From the NCBI RefSeq assembly GCF_037042905.1, contig NC_087251.1, forward strand, positions 2,792,001 to 2,856,000: a DNA stretch of 64,000 bases, in the 5' to 3' direction. The notes under the pieces were generated by a model that ran no database searches, was not told the DNA's origin, and saw only the letters and a list, made by a program, of their open reading frames with translations. The translations under genes and the position numbers were made by a program. This DNA is from Lytechinus pictus. Taxonomy: Eukaryota. Positions 38,701-50,700 of this stretch are shown one piece after another. How positions within the stretch are numbered: the stretch's first letter is position 1; each line of letters begins with the position of its first letter.

Positions 38701-41700
38701 CATTTAAAAGTTACTAATGTCAAAATTGACTCCAATTGAGATTAAAAGTTATTCCAGGTCAAGTGTTAGGATACATGGATGAGAATAGTGTTGATGTCCA
38801 CTGATCAATAATGCATGTCAAAATCATTGATTTTTCACTTGAACATGAAACATACACTGCATGAATTATGTCAATGCAAATAAGTTTCACTTCATTTTAC
38901 AAAGTCTTGGCCTGTATGGAATTAATGATGCTGACGTCACACACTATTTGTCTTATAACTTTTGTATTTTATTACAGTTCATTCCTCTTTTTCCTTTTCA
39001 CATGTTTCCCCTTTTCTGTATCCAAATTAAAATCAAACTTTGATCTTTTATTTATGAAATTAGATCCATCTTCCACCCTTAATAATTTCATTAGGGCCTA
39101 CAGTTTTACAAGTTTGCTTATGGATGTCCCATCATATTTCTCTGACTTCAGTTAAGCTATATAATTAGTTTACTTGACCGAATGTATAGCTACAGGTGTA
39201 TGGTGCTTGTTTACTTTTTATTCGTTTGTGATTTCATTATTATGCATTTATTCTAGTGGGGTTTTTGTATGTGAAAGAAATAAATGTCAAATGAGAAATA
39301 TGAAAATAAATGAAATGAAATGATCATGTAGTCAGGTATTTCATTTTTTTTTACAAACCAAGTTAATTATTGGATGCACATGCAAAATAGAATCATTTCA
39401 AATTATAAAATACAAATGATACAGTGACTGTTTGACACCATTGGTGAGACAAACAGTCATTATTTACCTCCAAGTGAACTCTACATACCCAGACAATTGA
39501 TTTATTTTGTTTTGCGCAAACAGTCAAAAAGTCAGGGAAGTTCATGCAAACTCACTTGAGCATGTCAACTGAACTTTCAAAACTATTTTTTGTATTTTTT
39601 TCTATTCACTCATATCTGAATATTTTACTTACAAAAGGGATTTGTGTATTTTCGTAAAGGCTTCTGTATGTAAGACGTTTATAATTATTTATTATCATAA
39701 ATGAGTATTTGACAGGGAATGGGGGCATTTGTTCAATAGTCTCACTCAAAGGTCAGTCAAATCTTTGATGATATGGTAGTACTGTAACTCTTTCATGAAT
39801 TCAAATAGTCCGGATTGAATACAGATCAGAATAATGCGGCTCAGCGATATGTCTGTCTTGCATTTATGAAGTCAGAAATAGTGTGCATTATTTTTTTAGT
39901 GCAGCAAGGGAAAGAAGTGTGGCTTACAATAATACCCCTTTCAAACTGGCCTCTTCATTTTTCCCCGGCGAACTTCTCCGGCACGCATTCCTCACTTCCC
40001 CGGCGAAGAAAAAAATGTACCCTTTCGCACTGACATCTCTTCCCCGGCGAAAGTGGATGGGTGATTTCCTCGGGCGGAAGTAAGTGCTAATGAAAGCGCG
40101 CGCTTTTTTTAATTTGAATTTTAATCGTACTCTTTCTTTATCAATTGCAGATACCTAATTCATTTTAACACTGAAGTTTTGAAGATGACGGCTGGTTAAC
40201 ACTTCTCAGCAGCTGCTGCTGATCAGCTCACTCAGCATGTCCATGCAGAATTAGAACGAACGAAAAGAAAATTGTAAACATTGCTTCTTACTGATTACAA
40301 ATGGTGTTTTAAAAATTACAACATATTCTAGAAATATTAGAAGCAAAAAAAAAAAAGAATCAAAGTATTTTGATATTTTAAGCGCATTTTCAGCATATAA
40401 TATAATGCTCTTATGATAAATATCGTTAGTGAAAAAAAACAGACTGTATGTTCGAGGGTATTTAACTCTATGGAATGATCGAAACACTCATAAAGCGTGG
40501 CCTTCTACATTTAGCCACGGAAATAATAGCTAGCGCGCGGAATCTCAGTTCAGGGCATTTCGGGGAGGGAAAAAATGACCCCTGACGTCATTAAAGAGGA
40601 GAAGTTCTCTGGTTTGCTTTCATACTGGCTGTTTCACCGGCGAACTTCGCCGGGGAAACAGTTTCACCGGCGAAGTTCTCCACCTGTAGAGGTGGAGAAG
40701 TTCGCGAAGTTCTCCTGTGTACCTTTCATACTGGACACTTTCCCCTTCGCTGACGAACTTCGCCGGCGAAAAGCACAATATGAAAGGGGTATAAGTCTTT
40801 GATGCATAATAACCAACCCCCAAGAACCTTACGATCCTCATCATCTAATCTCTAACAAATTCCAGTTGCTAAGAAATCATGGGGGGGGGGGGGAACGGGC
40901 CTTTGCTCACGCAGGGCCTAACCTGTGGAATTCTCTTCCACAGAGTTTGAAAACACAGACTTCAGTGACCACCTTCAAGGGCAACCTGAAAACATACCTG
41001 TTTAAGAGTGCTTTTTGATTGACATTGACTTATTGTTCAGACATGTATGTAAATAGCTTTTGTTGTTTTTCTGTTCTGAAGTGCCGTGAGCATCTAAATC
41101 AAGATGGAAAGTGAGCTATACAAATCTCATGTATTATTATTATCATCATGGTAAATCAGTGCAGTGCCTGCATATTGGAAACAAGACACAGAATAAGTGA
41201 CATAATTTGAGAATCCCATTCATGAATTATTAAAGAAATCAGGTGAAATGCATATTTTTTTCATTTTTTGATTTGATTTGATTTGATTTCTGCATTCATG
41301 ATGAATATGCAACATAATACCCCCATCTCACTCGGAAGGCGATCGTGGCGACCATGGCGATCTGTGTAAATCCCGCAAATCGTAGCAGAATCTTCCTCGA
41401 ATTCTATTTTTAGCCTGCGAGACGATTGCACTGCAACTTCTATGCGACCGACCTGCGCTGAAGGCGATGGTAATACGCTGAAAGTACGACGATGCCACTT
41501 TCTTGCGACGATTCGAGGCAGATCGTACAACGAGGCTCATACGCTAATTAGGACCTCGGTACGGTGGTGCTACGAATGAAGCGATTATATTACGTTCATG
41601 ATGGGCTCTTGAAACGATTTCAAGCAGTCGGCATAGTAATCGCGGCACATGACACATTTTTCAGTCAATTGCCAACCTCCGACCAACATGGATGTCCAGA

Positions 41701-44700
41701 ATTTGGTTGGACTTATACATCTTGGCATTCTAAAAGAACATCAGTTAAAAGTTGAATGCGAGGACGGGAGAAGGAGGAGGCCAAAAAGATACAGGGTCCG
41801 ATCCTGGCTGTCACCTAAGTCATAATATACAATATTTCTAAAATTTCATTCAAAAGATGTCGATGAGCCTAATAGTTAATATGAGGGATGCATCAAGAAT
41901 TTCATAAAAGAGCATAAAAATCTTTGATATTCTGTTTATTTTTTTCCACAAAGTTTGTCACTCAAAAATATTTGGTAAATTCCTTTCAAATTTGCTGACA
42001 AGAAGTAGTCTACTGATGTGAGAGCACTCATAAAAAGGGAGGGGGAGGGGGGCACAATGCCAGAATCTCCCTAAAGATTGCCTTTCCCAATCAATACATT
42101 AGTGATCAAATCATTAACAAAATTTGATGTTGTCTACTGTCACTGGTTAGAATTCAATTTATTTTCAAAACATAATCAATTTATTTATTTCTGCAGAGGT
42201 AACCCATTTCGTCATCAAGACATGTGAGCGTCTTTTTTCTCTTTCCAGCTGGCTCAGCAGTAAGATTTTCATCCTCCTCCTGTACCCCCTCCTCTTCCTC
42301 CTCTACATCCTCCTCCTCTACCACTACCATAACCCCTTGATCTTCCTCTTCGACCGCCAGCCTAAGAGGGGTAGCTTGGGCAGCTTTCCCTTTTCTGGTC
42401 CTTTTTCTGGGAGGTATGTTTGAAAACGCCGTGGTATCGCCTCGTAATCTGTTGCAAATATGATAATCCGCCACAATCGGCACGGCGTTTTATAGCAGCG
42501 CGGACGGTTGTTGCGCAATCGCTGCCCAGTCATCAGCGGCGCAGCAAAAGCGCAACGCAAACGCCTGTAGCGGGCTGAGAACGTGTGCCACATGCCACCC
42601 AAAGAAGGAAGCGTCGTGGTGGAAGCTGTGAGAAGCGTATCGAGCGCAAGGCAGTCGCCTTGTAAACGGAAGCAGCGTAGCAGAATTGTCTTGGGAACGG
42701 GCCTGAAAACCACAAGCGATCGGTGCCGCTTTTAATGCGCTTATACTACGCTTTATGCGTTGGGGCTCCGTTACAGCTACGAATATGTCGTTTGTAATAC
42801 GCTCATGACTCGATTGTGATGCGCTTTAGCACCTCCGCGATCTCGCTACATAAGTTTTGAACATGTTCAAAATTTTGTGGCGACCATAAAGATGGTGGCG
42901 ATCCTTGCCGCTTCAGAAAAGATCAAGGTACGACGGAGAAGATTGAAAAGATCAAGGCACGATCAAGCTACGTTATACCACGCTTTGTCGATTTTTGACG
43001 ATCGCAGTGGAATCGCCATCTAGTGAGATGGGGGTATAACAAAGGTAATGCATATTTAACAAAACAAAACAATAATACAAACAATATTGAGTCCTTTTAA
43101 AAGCAAAACCCAAGTAATGTGACATTTTCGGGTCCCTTAACCTTTCTTGAATTGAATTAAGCTGCATCTGATGCACATCTGCAAATTCATGAAATAGGCA
43201 TTATTGAGAAATACTTTTATGCAACAACTCAGTAGATTATTACATAATCCCCTGTTACAAATATCATAATGCACACACAATTCACACATCATTTTTTGTC
43301 TCGGTGAGACAGCAAAAGTAAGACATAGTGCTGATTTTCCAACCAGTGACAGTAGCATTATCAACATCAATATCATAACCAAGGTTAAGATTTTGAAATG
43401 TCTATCCATATTCCATTTAAACTTATTTTTTCTTTGGTAAGCTGGATACTATTGCTGATTGTTGTAGAAATTCAAGAAAAATACAAATTGAAATTTTATT
43501 ATCAATGCTTGACAGAGTCTTATCATAAATGCCTATAAAAATAATGGACTTTGGAGTCGCTGACATTTGGACATTTCAAGAATGATTAATTGATTGCATG
43601 ATACAGATGAGATTGTGGGGGATGTTCCACTTGTTTTTTTTTGTATTGTGTTGATCTTCTTCATCATCTTCTTTGTCTTCTTCACTTTGTCACTCAAAAA
43701 TATTTGGTAAATTCCTTTCAAATTTGCTGACAAGAAGTAGTCTACTGATGTGAGAGCACTCATAAAAAGGGAGGGGGAGGGGGGCACAATGCCAGAATCT
43801 CCCTAAAGATTGCCTTTCCCAATCAATACATTAGTGATCGAATCATTAACAAAATTTGATGTTGTCTTCTTCTTTTCCTTCTTGGTTGTCTTCCCCTTTC
43901 TCTTTTTTTCTCTTATGTTTTTCTCCCTCTCTGGTTTTCTTCTTGTATTTCACCTCATCAGCTGTTTGATGCTTCAATGATATTAATAGCAGCAGTTGCA
44001 GGAGTAGTAGTACATGTAGCATTCCGATATAGTTGCATTACAAAGTCTTCACAGAAATGATATATGTACTATTGTACTGTACATGTATATGATTACACAG
44101 ATCTAACCATACTTAACAAAAAAATAATGTCCTTGTCTCTTCCAATCCCTTCTGTTTGGTCTCCTAAATGGTTTGCTCATTAGTGTCACCAATTACAGCT
44201 TTAATTGCATACATGAGGGTTAATTATTGACTGGGGTAATATCCTGACCAAACATATGCTCATAAGTCCCTTTTAAATCAGTTCTTGATTTTTGGAAATA
44301 GTATTATTTAGATATATTTTGCATGGAATGTATCTTATCAAAACCTGGTTAAAGCTTTGATACATGTAAAAGGTCAGTTAGGTGAATTATGCCGAGTATC
44401 ATCTAACATGATAATCTTTAATAGCAATTTGTGATGCTCTTTTATCAACTATCAAGATATCTTTTTTCAACTTTTCATTCTCTGTAAAAATTCAAATATT
44501 CAGATCTTGGATATCTAGCACCCTCAGCATTTTTTTTATACGCCCGTCCTAGACGGGACGTATTACAGACCTGCCAACCAGTACGTTTTTGCCGTATTTA
44601 GTACGTTTTTGCAACCAAAATACGGCAGTATGTTTTTTCTTAGAAAAATAAGTTTTTTTAATTTTTATTTTTCACTAAATCGTAATTTATTGAGAAAAAT

Positions 44701-47700
44701 AATCTCTATATGTCTCTATTTTATAAAACGTACACAAATATGGTTATTAGATCAATGTAATTTCAGGTAACTTATTTTTTTTTCAATCATTTTGTTAAAA
44801 CCAGGGTGAAGATATACACATGTTTTAATGGTTTTTTTTTCCATCTGCAAGAGCAGTGCGCATTTTAGCTTGCATGCAGCTTGAGCGCCGTGATGAGCGA
44901 GTGCGCCAAGCATTTTATTATTAAATACACTTTTTTTGGGAAAAATACAGTTTTTCATTCCCAGAGGTTGGCAGGTCTGCATATTTATCTCACATGGTAA
45001 AAATACTGATTTTTTGTCAAAATACTGATTTTGGGGGATAAGAATACTGAAAATGCAAAATACAACTTGGCAGCTCTGGTATTATGGTATCACGCTCGGT
45101 GTCCGTCCGTCCGTTAACTTTTCCTTGTAAACGCGATAACTTCAGTTTGACTTAACCTAGGCTCATATAATTTGGTGTGTATAATACTAGCATGGATCCC
45201 AGAAAGCCTATTGATTTTGAGGTCAAAAGGTCAAGGTCACAGTGACATATTTTCATCTTACCCTTCTGCAGTCCTTGTAAACACGATAACTTCAGTTTAA
45301 TCTAACCTAGGATCATATAATTTAATTTGGTGTGTATGATACTAGCATGGATCCCAGAAAGCCTATTGATTTTGAGGTCAAAAGGTCAAGGTCACAGTGA
45401 CATATTTTCATCTTACCCTTCTGCAGTCCTTGTAAACATAATAACTTCAGTTTAACTTAACCTAGGCTTCTATAATTTGGTGTGTATGATACTAGCCTGG
45501 ATCCCAGGAAGCCTATTGTTTTTTAGGTCAGAAGGTCAAAGGTGAAGTCGCCACCTTCCACTTTTCTTGCTTGACCAATAACTCCATTTTCCGCATTGCA
45601 GGCGGGCGTATTATGTGCTCACCTTAGCGACACTCATGTTCTTTTATTAAAGAGGCTTTTATTGCACTTTCTTACAAATATAGTGACTGGAAATGAGAAA
45701 GCTTTACAATTTTATTATCAGCTTCGTCTATAACTTTGTAAGGCATCCCCATTCATAATCAAGTAATGAATGTGAATAGTGCACTGTAACATTGTTTAAG
45801 CCTGTCACTCAAACAACTACTGTTTGAACTTTTTAAACAACTGTTTAAACTTTATATAAACATCTGTTTAAACAAGTTGTTGAAAAAGTTTAACCAATTA
45901 CAAAAATGTTTAAACAACTTGTTAGAGTGACAGGCTTTCATTTGGGTGAATTTACCTAACTAAAGACAGGCTTTAAAAACTGCCTGTCAACCCCCATACA
46001 GAGCCCAGTTAGTTGGGGGTTTGAAGTTGGGGGGTTTCATATACCTATCCTCCAATTAGCCGCCTAATAGTAATGCGGATAATTCAATAAATATTGCGTT
46101 CACAAACTCCGAAAATTATCCGCATTATTTTTACGAGCGCCCGTCCTGAAAAAGGCGGATAATCGTCATGACAACTGGACACGCCCCCTCCGATGCGGTT
46201 GTGTTGGAAAAGGGTGACCTTGTGACCGCACCATGGCAATTATCCGCATTATTTGGAAATATGTTCATAAACTCAAAATCTTGTCCCGATGCTGCTATTA
46301 TGCGGATAATTGCAGCATCAAAATAATGCGGATAACTCTGGTCCTCCTCCGATTTTACGACCAAATTATGCTGCTATTAGCCGCATAATTGGGTTTATGA
46401 AAGGGGTATATGTCTGGCTTGCCATGTCAAGTGGCTGAACCTGGTAGCCTGGTATTTGGTGCTGTGTATTATTGGAAACAAAAGTTAGGGAATTAGGCAT
46501 GATGAATCATATTTTAGTAATAACTGCAGAATAGGAAGGACAGGCGGTATCTCCCTTGTTTCTAATGTAATTTTCTGTAAACTTTTCCTTGCTCAGCTCT
46601 GTCCTTTAATGCTCCTAAAACCCTGTGCACAAAATGTGATGTGATTGCACTAAGATCCGATTGGAACAATTTGCCAATTGCATCTCGGTGCATTTGCATT
46701 GCAGGCCAGCTCTGCAACGCCCTGCATCTCCATGGTGCCTCCTCCATGCACTGATGCAAGGCCAATTCGATGAACATTTTTTTTCTGTCTCGGATTTGCA
46801 ATTTCGCCCCAGATTTTGGGTTACAACATGCTTATTTCAGATTTTTAGACTTGAATATCAAATTAAATTCAAAATTTGAGATCTACGTGTATACTTGACC
46901 GATAAGCATTGTTCAACCTCAGCTCTGAAGCAGTTACACCAATCAGGCCAGTCGAATAAGACGTCATTTTCCAATTTACTATAGGTGGTTTCAAACCGCC
47001 TCGATCATAAGAATCCCCGTTAAATTACGAGAACTTTTTAAGGCCAAAAAATACCCATTAATTATTCCTGCATTCACACCGCCCCGAAACATACCCTTCG
47101 GGATAAGTTCCTGAAGTTACGAGCATTCGCAGTATGGTCTGATAAGCAAGCGAGGCGCGATATTCAAAATCACTAGCTCAGCAGCCACCCAAGGCGCCTG
47201 CGCCCAACTACACGCTGGGCTAAAAGTTCCCGTAAATTGCTATCACATTGCCAAAATACCTGCGACCTTGGATAAATCCCCGCGAAAGTTCTAGTAATTT
47301 TGACAAGTACCTACTATTTAGTGGGTATTTTCTTTCGGGGAGATTACGCGTAATTTGCTTTCACATTTCCAATATTACCTGGTATTTTAAATACCTGGAA
47401 CTGACAAGGTCAGGTCCGAGCTGGTAAGCGATATGTCTTAACTGCAGTTAAATTAGTTCAGTAAGAAATTGGTGGTGTAGTGCTGTTGTGAATTTGTTTT
47501 AAACCTGATTGTGGAGATTGAAAACTGGTGCTGATGTTTTATTTTTGCCCCAAAACTTTTGGATGGTTCACGGTCAGCTCCACTAGTACCATACAAGAAA
47601 ATCTTTGCTATATGTGCTATTACTCCTATGTATTTTGACTTTTAATTATTTTAGAGTATAATGCACATGAATATGATTATTTTTCCATCTCAAATCGATG

Positions 47701-50700
47701 CTACAACATGAATCTCATTTAAATCCAAAGAAACATACTAATTTTGGTGCTACCAGATTCTGACTATACTTTATGAACAGCATGTTTGAAGCAGAATTGT
47801 TTCATTTCTTTCAGTATTTAAAGAGAAATTCCAGTAGTTGCAGTAAACACTGATTTCATGAGAAAGTCTGCAAAACCAGGCTTAATTGTCAGTATATCAT
47901 CGAGGATCTAGATCCCAACACAGATAAGCGCGCGTGTATAATTGTAGCTTTGAGCGTCGGGCCCGACGCTCTACCCGAATCCTGTGCTTATTTGCTGATT
48001 TCTCAGCAATTACACAATTTCTTCCAGAATCCTTTGGCACATGCGTTTTATTTATACAAACAGACACTTTGGTGGTAATTTCATTGGATTCTGTACGAAC
48101 TCATTTTGATATCGTTACCAAAACTAGCATTTACCTTTAATGTGACCATTTCAGGATGCTTGATCTAGCAGAAAACATTGAAGATTGAGTTTATTTACAT
48201 ATATAGACAGACATCAAATTTTGATATTTTGTTGGTCCAGATTGATGGTGGGTGAGAATTTTATTAGCCCCTAGCCTAGGCTTGATATGAGTTTTCCTTT
48301 ATTTTACAGGTTCTCCAGCTGATCGAGCAGATCTTGAAATTGGAGATGAAATCTTAGAGGTTAATGGAAGATCATTAGAAAATGCAACCCATGAAGAAGT
48401 TATTGCACATATTCATCAGGTAAGTTTAGTCTTTTTTTCCACTTCTGATCAACACTGAAATAGTCCTCAAAGCTCCCCCCAGAAATTCCTAATATCAAGT
48501 ATGGTAGTTTGGAATTATACACCATATACCAGTAAGTTGCATGCATACAATACCATTTGTCACAATTTTTACTAGATCACCAATTAAAATGCTGATAGTC
48601 TATAGTGAATTCAATTTTAAAACAGCCATAACTCCTTTTCTTTCAAACATTTATCATGGTACTTTTCTTTTTCTTTTAATATTTTTCTCCTTTAGACGAA
48701 TCATGTTATTACCAAGGTTGGATTCTACTTTAAAATATTTTCTCTTGAAATTATTGATCATTGCAACTACTCAAATCTTGCTTTTAATAAAAGTTCATGA
48801 ATTCAGTGTGATGTTCCCATGTGTGTAAGATCACAAAAAGATTTGATGTTCATTTGGGGTTAATTTTAAGAATATAATTATGTTTGTATTATTCCTCTTA
48901 CTTGTATGTTTTACAGTGTGTAAAATCAAGAACAATAAATCTGCGAGTTAAAAGGAGGACCATAAGAGATGGAGGTAAGCTAAACATGATTTGTTTATTA
49001 ATTTGCAATGAATGTTTTTAACATGGATAAAATTGTTGTCAAATATTCCATTGCATTGCATGATATACAAGATGAACATTGTGGTTTGTTGAGCTGAATG
49101 AATTGAATAGTTGAATCTGATACCCACATACCAGTATCCTCAATATTTATGCCCTCTACCACTTTTTGAATCAGTACCTCACTTTGCACCTCATTGAAGC
49201 CCAAGGGTCCCATTTCATAAAGATTTACAACTATTGTAACTTTTTATGAAATGGGTTCCAGATTTGAATTTCTATTGAACTTGGGACATCAGGTCAAAGT
49301 CATGGTCAGTAAAACTTGGCACTTGTCCAAATATCCCCAAACAGCTAGATTTGGAACTTGTTCACATGGTTAGAGGCATTAAAGCACATAATAAATTTTG
49401 TAAAAACTTATTGACTCAGGATCCTCACTGAAGGAACCTGCAAACGGGAATATAAAATAGCTACAGAGGGGGTACTTTACAATCAGTAGAAGGACATAGT
49501 TATCATGAAATGTGTGGTTTCCTGTTTGATAACAGTGTAATGGCTTGTTGTACAAAGAGTTGTAATTAAATGCAACTAAAACATCAAACAAACTTCTATT
49601 GCAACCAATCAAGACCATGTACTGTATTTGTGACTTGCTTGTAATATTTTGAGTTTTTGTAAGTGCAACTTTCTACAGCCCCCCCCCCCCCTTCCTCCCT
49701 CCCCTCCTGGGGGGGGGGGTGTCACTCTCCACATGGCCTGCTACGCACCCGCATCCAGAAAAAGCGTCGAAAAGGGTCCCGTTTCAGGCACTCAGGCGTT
49801 GTCGACGTCTTTGGCAAAAAGGGTGGCATTTCAGCACCATTTGCTGGTAAATCGCCTTTTAGGGTAGCCTTTTCTCTCTCTCTTCACGCCATTTAGGGTT
49901 GCTAATTTGGTTATGAAGATGACGCCATTGAGGGGTGTAAATATGGATAGATCTACGCCATTTAAGGATGCAAATTTGAGAAGATTCGGGAGCAGACCTA
50001 AGCCATAAACACCATGAAGGGTGTGATTTCAAGGGATATAAAATAATTCTCGCACACGCCGGCCAGCGTATCACTTATGAGAGAATACCCCCATACAGTA
50101 TATAGTCTCTAGTCTTACACTCTGCTCTATACTATAGGCAGCACGCCTAGGGTTTAGGCCTTTAGTCTGTACCATTTTGTTTGATTCATACCGGGGATTC
50201 CTATGATTTTTTTTTAATTATCAATTTAAAAAAAAAGAAGACATATATAGAGGTTTACTTAATGTATGTATTTTCAAACACATTAACTGGTATGGATTCC
50301 ATTTTTTCAAGTTTTGATGAAACTGGTAAAACGAATGGTAATAAGTGATGCATCAGTCAGTCAAGGCAAACAACATTTTTCACTTGCATTCATGAATTTA
50401 GGCTAAAAGATGGCTATTCAAAGTGGCTAAGAGAGGTGTCATTGAGAGTAAATTATGCTGGCCTTACTTGCAATAATTTAAAAAAAATGCCTGGAATTTA
50501 TACCTGTTGTATGTAACATCAATTTAACATCAGTAATCAGTATGGTATCAAATTAATCAATTTCGATGTGTTTACGCCACTTAGGGTATCGAATTAGGGG
50601 CTTTTCCCTGTTAACGCCACTTAGGGTGGCTTTTCTCATGGGTTACGCCATTTAGGGTTGCAAATCTAGTTAATGTAGTTACGCCGTTTAGGGTGCATTC

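Noticed and set aside
42181..42713. Acidic or GC-rich ORFs as a host gene
   Set aside because: They lie within Harbinger TIRs and are truncated; treated as element remnants.
47400..47470. Two donor-like sites (CTG|GTAAGC, TCA|GTAAGA) before the 48310 exon
   Set aside because: No supportable upstream ORF or acceptor, and they abut a MITE fragment.
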